NCBI GenBank assembly: GCA_041748855.1
Contig: JBGTCK010000017.1
Location: 8,124 to 72,123, forward strand
From: Acidimicrobiia bacterium
Lineage (GTDB): Bacteria > Actinomycetota > Acidimicrobiia > Spongiisociales > ZC4RG35
Direction: 5' to 3'
DNA: 64,000 nt
Shown here piece after piece: positions 10,123 through 19,786 of this stretch. Each line of letters begins with the position of its first letter. The stretch's first letter is position 1. The position numbers and the translations under genes were made by a program. The notes beneath the pieces were generated by a model that was not told where the DNA came from, did no database searches, and saw only the letters and a program-made list of their open reading frames with translations.

Positions 10123-10311
10123 GGACGTATGCGACCGACCCGTAACTTGAAAGCCGGAATCCCCCCTCTTGCTCGCAACTCAGCCGTCATCACCGCCGAC
10201 GACCTGGCTCGCATTTTTTTCGCGTTCTTCCTGACGGGTGAACCCTGGCGCATAGTCTTTCCGCAAGGACAAGAGGCAGGGGGAGGACAACCTAAAGAAA
10301 GGGAAGGGCCC

Positions 10312-10785
10312 ATGAGAAGGCTCACTGTCATCCTTACCGCACTAGCGCTGTTCCTGGCCTTGCCCGCCTCTGCGGCTACGGCTCAAGACGAGCGATTCGT
10401 CGTAACCGTCTATGTGACCGAAGCCCAGACAGGCGTGACCGCGGACGGATCTCTAATCGCTCGAGGAGCTTTCGAAGTCGCCGCCGAAGGTGCGGTACTC
10501 GAAGTTGGGGTCGAGAGGTCCGTCTACCAAGTCGCTGAGACTACTGCCCGCGGCACAAGGGTCTACCGTGACGCCGCCACCGGCAACGTCACCAAGACGC
10601 TCATCAAGGCAACACTGGTCGAAGCGGACGAGGCCAACGGTGTCTTCGTCTATGAGACCAAAGAGACGATCATCTCGAACTCAGAGGGGCTCGCCGGGCA
10701 CGGTGTCGGAACTGCCGTCGTCACCGCCCAACCCGACGGAAGCTTCACCTTGGAGTCCTGGACCGACTTCATACTGAACTACTGA
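10312..10785 (+). CDS. secreted hypothetical protein
   Basis: Start at MRRLTVILTALALFLALPASAATAQDE (signal peptide, AxA cleavage); about 157 aa. Confidence 0.5.
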   Translation: MRRLTVILTALALFLALPASAATAQDERFVVTVYVTEAQTGVTADGSLIARGAFEVAAEGAVLEVGVERSVYQVAETTARGTRVYRDAATGNVTKTLIKATLVEADEANGVFVYETKETIISNSEGLAGHGVGTAVVTAQPDGSFTLESWTDFILNY

Positions 10786-10997
10786 GGTCGGCTAGCACCG
10801 CCAACGATGCGGCTCGCTGCGCCGCGGGAGGATCACCGATGAGTACCACTTGAGGTCTCTCCGTGCAAGTGTGGACGATCACCGACCTCTAAACCTTCGC
10901 TCCGCGGGTAAGACTCGACCCTACGCGTTATCCGCTGTTTAGTTCATGGACGTCATTGGGGTCGACGGGGCTCTCGCCGCTAAAGGGATCTCTTCTC

Positions 10998-11309
10998 TCA
11001 GGGGAGTTTTGAAGCAAGTACATCGGCAGGAAGTATCTCAGGATCTTCCGCCAATAAATCTGCGTTGGCTTTCAATGCTTTGACGATCTCGCCGTCGGCA
11101 TGGGCTTGACGTGCTTCCTCTGTAGCAAAGGCATCGAAGACCCAGAAGGTGTCCGGGCTTGTCGTCGCTGCGAACCAGACTTCCGTGCCGGCTTCGGCAT
11201 TGGCCAGCTCTACTGCGCCGGTCATTAGATCGCGCAATTCGGACTCCTTACCTTCCCGCGCCTTGATCCTCGCTACGAAGGCGTATGGAAGACTCTCGTG
11301 GTGGGTCAT
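10998..11309 (-). CDS. antibiotic-biosynthesis-monooxygenase (ABM) domain protein
   Basis: About 100 aa; ferredoxin-like ABM pattern (AFVARIKAREGKESEL...FWVFDAFATEEARQAH). Confidence 0.55.
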   Translation of the reverse strand: MTHHESLPYAFVARIKAREGKESELRDLMTGAVELANAEAGTEVWFAATTSPDTFWVFDAFATEEARQAHADGEIVKALKANADLLAEDPEILPADVLASKLP

Positions 11310-11673
11310 TTTCTCCTTCTCTGCTTCCGGCCATACGACACTACACCCAGAAGCAGTGAGGGGTGCCTTGAAACGACCTTCACCTCAAACAGCAACAAAT
11401 AGCGCACATCGACAGATCCCGTGGGGGTTCACGCAAAACTTAGGCGTCCAACAACGCATGTCGGCGTGCGTGGTTGGCGCCCGACTGGAATATCACGTTC
11501 CCGTTCGTGCGGCTCATTTCTGGGGTGACGAACTCTGCGAAGCCTTCTCGATGAACAGGGCCGAAGGCCGGCGGACAATCCACTCCGACCGGGTAACTGG
11601 TATTACATACGATGCACTCGAGTGCAACCCGAGGCAATCCAAGAACCTGTGTAGTTGAGCTCTCCCGTTCCTA

Positions 11674-13203
11674 TTACTCACCGAAGAGGGCGGCCCGACC
11701 GTCCGGACTCTGGAACATCTTTCGGCCTGAGTGCCCAATATTCGGGACAAGCGTTAGTGTGTGGCTCGCATAGACATCACTGCCGTAAAGCTCACCCAGA
11801 TACTGGTGGTACAGCAGGCCGCGCTCCAGCCGGGTCACACCTTGTGCGTCGGCCGCGCAGGATGAGTCGAACGATGAGTTTCTATCGGTATCCTGCTCTC
11901 CAAGAAGGTACGTCACCCGACGATTCCGGTACCGATCCTTAATTTGATCGGCTCCTATCTCACGAAGAAAGTCGGGCAGGTCCGTCAGACCGTATTTCCA
12001 CTCATCGACATTCGGGCACTCCTCGAAGTCATCGGTGGTCAGAGAGCGGAACTCCATTCCATCCCAACGGCGATCGTCGAGATACACGTAAGAGGAAGGA
12101 TTGGCGACCACGAAACGATCCAGGTCGCTCAGGGTGGTAGCGGCGTAGCGGTTGGTGAACTGTCCTCCGGCACTGTGCCCGACGAGGAGAGTGTCGTCGA
12201 GAGCCGGGAGGCTTTGCCTGGCAAGTGCCACAATCTGGTCGATCACTTCGAAAGAGGAAATGACCCAGGGACGTCCATCTGGCTCGTCCAACGACAGCGC
12301 CCCGGTTTTCCAGCCGTTCTCCGACCAGTAGATCACATTGTCGGCGTTGCCCTCAAGGTCCTTCTCGGTGATGAACAGGGGTGCCACTACAAGGAGTCCG
12401 TCCGATGAATTCGCAAGGCTTGCCGCCTCGAGCACGTACGAGGCGTATTCGCATGCGTTCCGCTTGTTGCCGTGGATGACAATCAAAAGCCGCGTCACGG
12501 CCGGCCCCGTCGAAAGTGAGCCGTTGCCGCAGTACGGCAACGTTAGTGAAGAGCTCTCAACAGTGATGGTGAGTGTTCTAAGACCGGGAACGGCCGACGA
12601 CGTCGCTTCAGGCACGTTCGATGACGAGGATGCCATTCGCGCGTTAGTCATTGGAGCGTCTGGACAGGACTTGAGCGGGTCGCAGCCATTGGTGATTCCT
12701 GACTCTGCCAGCCGAGCAGTCTCCGACGCGAATGTGTACTCGCCGAGATCATCGAAACCGGCCGTACCGACCTCCGGGCCAAGGGCACGCACCAGGAGGG
12801 CCGCCTCCTCCTCGCGCGTCAGGGGTCGGTCAGAACAGAACGGATCGTTGGTTGTCGGATCACAGCCCTCGATCAGTCCTGAATTGGCCAACCAGACGAT
12901 GTCGGACTCGCGCACGGAATCGGTGGCATCTCGAAAGCCGACGTCCTTGGCGACAATTGGCAGGTCTGGAAGCGAATTGCTCAGGAAGGAGGCTGTTCGT
13001 CCACGGGAGAGCGCTTCGTCGTGACAGAACCGATCGTTTGCCCGAGGGTCACATCTCCTCGTCCATCCCTCAGAAGTAAGCCACCCGATATCGGCCTGAT
13101 GAAAATTGTCGTCCGCAACATCGGTGAACGATTCAGTGGAGAACATGACCGCGAGCATCAGGAGGACGACCAACAGACCTTTGACCAGGAAGACGACCAC
13201 CAA
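11674..13203 (-). CDS. secreted SLH-domain (3x) alpha/beta hydrolase (lipase/esterase)
   Basis: N-terminal TM/signal; three repeats of the form ADIGWL..G...C.P...F.....L.R..A (SLH-like); C-terminal GHSAGG nucleophile elbow. Confidence 0.65.
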   Translation of the reverse strand: MVVVFLVKGLLVVLLMLAVMFSTESFTDVADDNFHQADIGWLTSEGWTRRCDPRANDRFCHDEALSRGRTASFLSNSLPDLPIVAKDVGFRDATDSVRESDIVWLANSGLIEGCDPTTNDPFCSDRPLTREEEAALLVRALGPEVGTAGFDDLGEYTFASETARLAESGITNGCDPLKSCPDAPMTNARMASSSSNVPEATSSAVPGLRTLTITVESSSLTLPYCGNGSLSTGPAVTRLLIVIHGNKRNACEYASYVLEAASLANSSDGLLVVAPLFITEKDLEGNADNVIYWSENGWKTGALSLDEPDGRPWVISSFEVIDQIVALARQSLPALDDTLLVGHSAGGQFTNRYAATTLSDLDRFVVANPSSYVYLDDRRWDGMEFRSLTTDDFEECPNVDEWKYGLTDLPDFLREIGADQIKDRYRNRRVTYLLGEQDTDRNSSFDSSCAADAQGVTRLERGLLYHQYLGELYGSDVYASHTLTLVPNIGHSGRKMFQSPDGRAALFGE

Positions 13204-13250
13204 AGATCTTCGACACGAGAGTCTCCGACCTTGAGGAACTCAGTAAGTAC

Positions 13251-14306
13251 TCAGGGCCCTACAGCGAGGTTGGCCAGATCTACTTCGGCGAGCACGGCGT
13301 CGGCTTCATCAGGGTCGCACTCCCTGGGCTGGTAGTCGACTTTCTTGTTGTCGGTGACAATGCAGGTCACAGTAAGGTCCACCAAGCCATCCCGGGTGAA
13401 GTCCGTTCGCACGACCAGTCCATAGCCGGTGTCGTCGGTAAACAACGATCCACGCGTGGTGAAGACGAAGTTGCCTAGGGAGTAGAGCACTGGCATCGAG
13501 TCGACCATGGCGGCCATCTGGAATACATGCGGTCCGTGGCCGATGACGAGGTCGTAGCCGACGTCGGCGAACTTCTGCGCATCGCTCAGCTGCTGGGCGG
13601 TCGGGTCAGACTGGTAGTTCTCGCCCCAGTGAACGTAGCCCACCACCACGTCGGCGCCGCTTGCCTTCGCCAGCTCATATCCTCGGGCGATTGATCCGAT
13701 AGAGAAAGGGACCGTTCCGGCCTGTTGGGGCGAAGCAGTTACTGTTGCCCCGTAGTTCTTGCCGAGTCCAACCACTCCGATGGTGATGCCGTCCGCCCGT
13801 ATCAAGAGCGGCCGCTCGGCGTGTCCCTCATCCTGGCCGGCCCCGAAGGTGACCAAGCCGAATGCCTCGGCGTGTTGATTTGTATCGGCGAGTCCATTCG
13901 GGCCCTGGTCCAGGGCGTGGTTATTGGCCAGCCCTAGGACATCTACACCCGCCTCGGCTAGAGCCGGAACCATCAGCGGGTCGCTGGCGTAGGAGAACCG
14001 CTTCAAAGGAAGTAAGGGGTCCACGGTTGTGGTGATGGCCGTCTCAGCGTTGACTATGACCACGTCGGCGTCCAGCAGCATCGCCACGCCCTCCAGGGGC
14101 CAGTCGTACCCTCGCTCTTCAAGAACAGGAAGCCCGTGATCGCCAAGCATTGTGTCACCCGCCCAAACGATCGATATGCGATCGGTGATGGCCGGAACGA
14201 CGTCGAGTGAGACGGGCTCTTCACCCCCCGGCCCAAACGGCCACAGGACGGAGAGTGACGCGATCACTCCTGCCAGCAGTAAGAGCAGCAAACCTGGCTT
14301 TTTCAT
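13251..14306 (-). CDS. CapA/PgsA-family metallophosphoesterase
   Basis: Signal peptide MKKPGLLLLLLAG; WAGDTMLGDHG and GNHALD-type metallophosphatase motifs; 4-bp overlap with the upstream gene. Confidence 0.7.
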   Translation of the reverse strand: MKKPGLLLLLLAGVIASLSVLWPFGPGGEEPVSLDVVPAITDRISIVWAGDTMLGDHGLPVLEERGYDWPLEGVAMLLDADVVIVNAETAITTTVDPLLPLKRFSYASDPLMVPALAEAGVDVLGLANNHALDQGPNGLADTNQHAEAFGLVTFGAGQDEGHAERPLLIRADGITIGVVGLGKNYGATVTASPQQAGTVPFSIGSIARGYELAKASGADVVVGYVHWGENYQSDPTAQQLSDAQKFADVGYDLVIGHGPHVFQMAAMVDSMPVLYSLGNFVFTTRGSLFTDDTGYGLVVRTDFTRDGLVDLTVTCIVTDNKKVDYQPRECDPDEADAVLAEVDLANLAVGP

Positions 14307-15139
14307 GATCCGCTACTGACAGCCGTTACCTCAGGGAGAGGCGGTTGGCCAGAACCCGAACAACCCAGCCCCTGGAGAAATTCCATCGTTCGGCCGCCGA
14401 ACCCCCCGACCGCCATGGCACTGGAAAAGGAGTGGCCCGTCTTGGGCATGACCTCGAATCGGGCTCCGGCACGGACGCCACGATGGTCGGCGAGGGCCAG
14501 GAGTCTCTGGTACCAGTTCAGGGCGCGGGATAGGCGGTTCTCGCCTTGTTCGGCGTCTAATCGGGAATCTGACCTGAGCTGTCTGCCTCTAGTGGTGTCT
14601 CGCTCACCGACAGTGATGAGAACATCGACACCGAGGAACCCCTTCACGTCCACCGCCATCCCATCCGAAGCAGTGCTAGGAGCAGTGCCGTGTGGAAATG
14701 GACGATCAGAATCTAATTGGGTGTACCAACCTGCCGCCCCCACGACGAGACGCCTGACACGCTGTGGGTACAAGAGTGCGTATCGATGGGCGAACTGGGC
14801 CCCACCAGAGAAGCCGACGAGGTCGAAGACGGGAAGCGGCATCCCAAGCTCTTTGGCGAGCGCCTCTAGCGCTTCATCCAAAACTCGAGCTGCGCCGAGT
14901 GGACGACCGTCACTGATGAGACGTTGGTAACCACGATGACTACCGCCGCCGAACTCGGGCACTAGAAGCGGTGCGCCACCGTACTCGGCGTAGGGCCGGA
15001 AGGTCGACAGGTAGTTAGGAGCGTTGCCTGAAGAACCGGGTATGAGCACGATCGGCGGAGCCGTCCATTCCTTTGGCACGAAGTGGAGAGCGTATGGAAT
15101 CGTCAACTGCTCAGTGAATGTTGACATCGTTGCGGTCAC
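14303..15139 (-). CDS. alpha/beta hydrolase
   Basis: VLIPGSSGN...DLVGFSGGAQFAHRYALLYPQRV (GxSxG) pattern; 4-bp overlaps on both sides. Confidence 0.6.
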   Translation of the reverse strand: MTATMSTFTEQLTIPYALHFVPKEWTAPPIVLIPGSSGNAPNYLSTFRPYAEYGGAPLLVPEFGGGSHRGYQRLISDGRPLGAARVLDEALEALAKELGMPLPVFDLVGFSGGAQFAHRYALLYPQRVRRLVVGAAGWYTQLDSDRPFPHGTAPSTASDGMAVDVKGFLGVDVLITVGERDTTRGRQLRSDSRLDAEQGENRLSRALNWYQRLLALADHRGVRAGARFEVMPKTGHSFSSAMAVGGFGGRTMEFLQGLGCSGSGQPPLPEVTAVSSGS

Positions 15140-16821
15140 CCAAGCCAGCTTTGGACCCGATCGTCGCTTCTCGGCAAGACGTCGACGAACCGTCCTTCAT
15201 GCAAGTACCGGACCTCGTCCGCCATACTCGCCTCTTCAGGGTCGTGCGTGACCATCAGCACAGTTCCGTGGTGATGGCCGAGAACCTTTCGAAAGACCTC
15301 CTTCGTCACCCCGTCAAGACCTGAAGTCGGCTCGTCAAGAAGGAGAAGCGGTGGGTTGCCCATCAGCGCTCTTCCAAGAGCGATCCGCTGGCGTTCGCCC
15401 ACCGAGATATTGCGGCCACCTTCGTACAGCCAAGTCTGGAGGCCGTCGGGTAACCGGGCAAGAAGGGTGTCGAGGTGACAGGTCCGGATGATCCTCTCGA
15501 TTTCCTCCGGAGTTGCTGAAGGATGGCGGTAGGTGAGATTACGAGCCACGGTGCCTCTCATGAGCGGGAGGTCGGGCGAAACCATTCCCACCCGACGGAA
15601 CCGGGAGATCAGTGTATGACTGGATAAAGACTGACCATCGATGAGGACCTCACCGGAGTCCGGATTTTCGAGGCCACTGATCACTGACAGAAGCGTTGAC
15701 TTACCCGCCCCTGTTGCGCCCATGATGGCCACCATGCGCCCTCCGGGCACAGTAAGGGAGACATCGCTCAGGGCGCCGCCCACGCTGACATTACGCAACT
15801 CGATGTCCCCACGAGAGACCGACAGCCGGCTGAGGTCCGGCTCGTCCAGAGGGCGACTCGAACTTCGCATAAAATCGAGAATCTTCCCTCGGGAAACGGA
15901 GGCTCTTTGCCAGTAGTCGTAGCTCAATCCCAAACGACGCACCGGCCCGGCGAGATGACGCGCGGCGAGTATCGCAGTTGCCACCACCCCCACTGTGGTC
16001 CTTCCAGCGATTACCTCTAGCGAGCCAACCCACACGACCGCGACAATCGCCAGCCAACCAGACGCGGTGGCGGCAGCGAGCATCCACGCACGGACTGTCG
16101 AGGTGCGAAACAGCGACCTCGTCAAGGAATCGTTCTGACGTGACAGGCGGTGGTATTCACCTTTGCTGCGGCCAAACACCTGTACCACTGCTAAGGAATG
16201 GACCTGTTCATCGACGTTGCTCGTTAGCAACGACCGCTTACGTCGAACCCACTTTGTGACCCGACGCAAACGGGGCCCGAGCTCAACCGTGATCGCAGCG
16301 CCCGCGACGAGAGTAGCAGCCATCACAAGGGCAATTCTTAGGTTGAGAGTGGCGATGGTGGCCAGACCGGCCGTTAGGACGATCAGTGATGCCAATCCTC
16401 GGCCGATCCCCCGGCTGACCCATGTCCTGAGCATCGACAGGTCGCCGGTGAATCGGAGAACCAGTCCGCCCCGCGCTCGACCCTGAATCTGACGGGGGGA
16501 CATTCCCTGGAGATGCTCGTACATGGCCATGCGCAATCGGCGAATCTGCTCATATCCCATGTTCTCTGACACCCAGAACTCTCCGGACCGACTGAGAACG
16601 TTCAGGAGCACCGCGCCCATCAGAGCCACGATCGACCATCGAATGAGAATCGGATCGGGTTCTGCGCTTCCGAGAGCGTCAATAAGCGTTCGCAGCAGCA
16701 GGAGGAAGGCCACGAGGGACACAGCTTGAAATACGGCAAGCACCACTACGCCGCTCAAGAAAAGACGGGGCAGCCGGAGAGCCGGGACCTCTCGGGGCTT
16801 TGAGAAGGGTAAGATCGTCAC
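15136..16821 (-). CDS. ABC transporter, fused permease/ATP-binding (exporter type)
   Basis: Six-TM N-terminal domain followed by Walker A GATGAGKSTL, the ABC signature and the Walker B motif LLLLDEPTSGLD. Confidence 0.85.
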   Translation of the reverse strand: MTILPFSKPREVPALRLPRLFLSGVVVLAVFQAVSLVAFLLLLRTLIDALGSAEPDPILIRWSIVALMGAVLLNVLSRSGEFWVSENMGYEQIRRLRMAMYEHLQGMSPRQIQGRARGGLVLRFTGDLSMLRTWVSRGIGRGLASLIVLTAGLATIATLNLRIALVMAATLVAGAAITVELGPRLRRVTKWVRRKRSLLTSNVDEQVHSLAVVQVFGRSKGEYHRLSRQNDSLTRSLFRTSTVRAWMLAAATASGWLAIVAVVWVGSLEVIAGRTTVGVVATAILAARHLAGPVRRLGLSYDYWQRASVSRGKILDFMRSSSRPLDEPDLSRLSVSRGDIELRNVSVGGALSDVSLTVPGGRMVAIMGATGAGKSTLLSVISGLENPDSGEVLIDGQSLSSHTLISRFRRVGMVSPDLPLMRGTVARNLTYRHPSATPEEIERIIRTCHLDTLLARLPDGLQTWLYEGGRNISVGERQRIALGRALMGNPPLLLLDEPTSGLDGVTKEVFRKVLGHHHGTVLMVTHDPEEASMADEVRYLHEGRFVDVLPRSDDRVQSWLG

Positions 16822-18140
16822 GCTTCACCGGGTGCGCCGAGAGCGGCCCCGATTCCCAGCACACCGCCTCGTGGACGCAGATCAATGACCACGTCCGAAT
16901 CCTCGACCGTGACCGCATCTTCGAAAGGCTCGTGAATCGGAGAAGCCGCACCGAGTAGGGCTGATGCCGTAACCGGATCCGATAGTTCTGCGAGCGTGAG
17001 AATCGGCACCCCGCATTCGGCTCGTGTCTCGGCCATGGCCAGGGGCGATCTCGTCAGTCTTCCCGCCACCGCCACCACGGGCAGGCCCAGTTCTTTCAGC
17101 CGGGCAACCCCCGCGATCGCACCCATGGCGTCGGCGGCAGCGAACACCACTCCATCTATCCTCTCCCGGAAGACTTCGCTGTCGAGAAGTTGCGCCGTTT
17201 CGTATTGGAGCAAGCCGTCAGCCACCTCGATGAGGACCGAGCCACAGCCGCGATGGGTCAGGTGGTCGATCAGATTCACCATCGTCTGTTCCACCACATG
17301 CATGTCAACACCGAAGGTCGACGCCAGGCCGGCGTCAGTGAAGTCGAGCATTGCTTGAGCACCGGCATCGAGCATTACCCAATAGTCGCCACCGGAACCG
17401 GTGCCTGTGACTTTGGTCACACCCGGTCTGTGACCACCATCACGCAGCCCTAGAACGAGCTGCTTGATGGTTGTGGTCTTGCCCGAGTTCATGGATGTTC
17501 CGATCACGGCAAGGGCCGGTAACCGGGTCTCGGCGGAAGGGACGGAGCGCAGTCCGAAGTCGGACAAGTTCAGGGGGGTAAACCTCTCGTTGCCGATTAG
17601 GCCGAGTGGCGTGATCTCGGTGGCGCGCCGCACATCGTCACTCATGGTACGAACCGACGAGGCCACACCACCTGACGCCACGAGTTGTGTCGGCTGAAGA
17701 TCCAGAGGTACATATGATTCAAATTGGTCAGGCGCGTATCGGTTGGCATAAACGACCGCGATCTCATCCCCTGGATACATCCAGGCGCGACGACCGTTCG
17801 TCAGTTCGAGGCGGCGGTGGTTTCCTAAGCGATCGACCCTGGCCAGGACGAGATCGCCTGGACGAGGCCTCACTGGCCCAGCTATCAGCGACACCATCGC
17901 TTTGACCGGAACATGACGAGTCGTAAAGGCTCTCTTAGTGCGTTCACGCCGATTGATATCGAGCGACGAGACATGGACTGTCCTTCGACGCCACAGGCGT
18001 GCAGATCGTTTACTTGGTACGGGAACTTTAGAAACGAGATTCGGCTCAGATGCCTCAGAAATCGGACTAGGATCTTCCGACCCTGTGCCCACCACGGTTT
18101 CGTCCTCCGACGATATATTCACTCGAGCCTCCCAAAGCAT
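16818..18140 (-). CDS. P-loop protein, DUF1611-like (Rossmann-like N-terminal domain + GxxxxGKTT C-terminal domain)
   Basis: GTSMNSGKTTTIKQL Walker A; architecture resembles DUF1611; first gene of the 4-gene overlapping operon. Confidence 0.45.
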   Translation of the reverse strand: MLWEARVNISSEDETVVGTGSEDPSPISEASEPNLVSKVPVPSKRSARLWRRRTVHVSSLDINRRERTKRAFTTRHVPVKAMVSLIAGPVRPRPGDLVLARVDRLGNHRRLELTNGRRAWMYPGDEIAVVYANRYAPDQFESYVPLDLQPTQLVASGGVASSVRTMSDDVRRATEITPLGLIGNERFTPLNLSDFGLRSVPSAETRLPALAVIGTSMNSGKTTTIKQLVLGLRDGGHRPGVTKVTGTGSGGDYWVMLDAGAQAMLDFTDAGLASTFGVDMHVVEQTMVNLIDHLTHRGCGSVLIEVADGLLQYETAQLLDSEVFRERIDGVVFAAADAMGAIAGVARLKELGLPVVAVAGRLTRSPLAMAETRAECGVPILTLAELSDPVTASALLGAASPIHEPFEDAVTVEDSDVVIDLRPRGGVLGIGAALGAPGEA

Positions 18141-18510
18141 TAATACGCTTGATTAGCTCAGTGCTATTGGCGTGATCTCCTTGATAATACTGCCTTTGAG
18201 TTACTACCTCCCGGCCTGCCCGAAAAAACCGCCGCTGGCCCCGACAGTCGACCTCGACATTCGAACCGGAATCGTCGTCCTCGGCAATGTCCCGTACGGT
18301 GTGGTACGACTACACAAATGGCTCGACACGAGTGCGGCGCTCTCCCCGACGAGGGTGGCATTGCAGGATCTCGGACGGGTAAATGGCGAACTCGAGCGAC
18401 TGCTAGTCAACTCCCAAGCCTCCGCTGCAGCCGCTGCAAGCGCTGGCGTTTGAATGGCCGGTTGTTTGGGTACGCTTGCTCGTTTCGATAGGACGATTCG
18501 GCTGGGAGCT

Positions 18511-19401
18511 ATGAACAAGACAGCAACCCCTCGGGTGCGAATGTCAGCCAAGAGAGGGGCCTCGCCCCGCTTTCTTGGTGTGGCGACGGTCTTTTTCCTC
18601 TTCTTCACGTTGGTGCCGACCCTTGGAGCGGTAGGGACCTCCGCCGGCGGTGATTTTGAGATCATCATTCCAGTGAGCACGGTCGTTAGGGGCCCGGAGG
18701 GCTCCGAGATAGTTCTAATGCAGTTATCCACCCCAACTGATCTCGTGGGAGCTACTTGTGAGATCACCGCCATGTCGGAGAATCAGAGCTCCGTGCATCC
18801 CGACAATGATCTCATGGTTGCCGGCGTGCTGGTCCCCGACGTCGAGGGCGAACCAGGAGGCAAGATCGACGCCAACGACGTCGTCGTCCTCGGCTCAAAC
18901 ATCGTTATTTCACTTCTAATGGGACCCGATGGAGTCTTCTCAGCTGGTCTCACGGTTGGATTCAAGTGCACATCCGTCGCTGCCGCCTCGACGACAACCA
19001 CCACAGGACAGACCAGCACTACCAACGCCACCGATGAAACCAGCACCACGGCGAGTTCATCGACGACTGTCCTGGCGGCCGTTGTGACCACGACTACGCT
19101 CGAGACCGAGGTGAAGGGGATTCAGATCCTTCCGTTAACGGGCCGAGACAACAGTAAGTACGTAGTTCTCGCACTGGCGGCCGCCGCAGCCGGCTTGCTG
19201 ATGTTACTGGGAGCGCGCTCGTTCAATGCCGTCCCACTCCTCGCAATGACGACGTCGATGAGCTTCATGTGCGCCCGCTGTGAGCGCGGGGCCACTTTCC
19301 GCACGCCACATGGGCTCCTATGCCGCACACACACCCGCGACGCCCTGCAGGCTGACAGCCAACTCTGGTTGCCGAAGCGACTTGATCGAGAATACTTATA
19401 G
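18511..19401 (+). CDS. secreted Thr-rich protein with LPLTG sortase-type motif followed by a hydrophobic segment and basic residues; cell-wall anchoring not established because about 50 aa follow the motif
   Basis: Signal peptide; Thr/Ser-rich stalk (STTTTTGQTSTTNATDETSTT...); ILPLTG then hydrophobic stretch then ARS; an unusual extension of about 50 aa follows the sorting signal. Confidence 0.55.
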   Translation: MNKTATPRVRMSAKRGASPRFLGVATVFFLFFTLVPTLGAVGTSAGGDFEIIIPVSTVVRGPEGSEIVLMQLSTPTDLVGATCEITAMSENQSSVHPDNDLMVAGVLVPDVEGEPGGKIDANDVVVLGSNIVISLLMGPDGVFSAGLTVGFKCTSVAAASTTTTTGQTSTTNATDETSTTASSSTTVLAAVVTTTTLETEVKGIQILPLTGRDNSKYVVLALAAAAAGLLMLLGARSFNAVPLLAMTTSMSFMCARCERGATFRTPHGLLCRTHTRDALQADSQLWLPKRLDREYL

Positions 19402-19786
19402 CCGGCCGACCAGGTCTCGTGGCTGCCGTCCGGGTGGTCGATGGGTGTCTGGTGGACCGTAGGTCGGCGTAGCATTGGCCTCGATGGGGCCCAAAGCAGT
19501 TCTCACGGTACTTATCGTCATGGCGTTGTTGGCCTGTCAAGGCGGCGAGAAGACCGATGGTGGAGCCGGCCCGACTACCCCACGCCAGCCCGATGGCGAC
19601 CGGCTAGCCGAGAATCACTCTACAGCTGTTCCGAGCGCGTCGCCCCTAGGGTGCCTCAAATGTCCGAGCTGAGGATCTCAACGTTAGGATCCCGGTAACC
19701 GTCGCCGGAACGGCCGACACCCTCAAACTCGGCAACGTAAAGGGAAGGCAGCCACGAGAGAGCTACCAGGCGGGACCGTCACACTT

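Noticed and set aside
19475-19672. 65-aa ORF with lipobox-like LLACQG
   Set aside because: Possibly a real small lipoprotein, but it sits in a 380-bp gap with no RBS-like purine run that I could confirm. Left unannotated rather than called.
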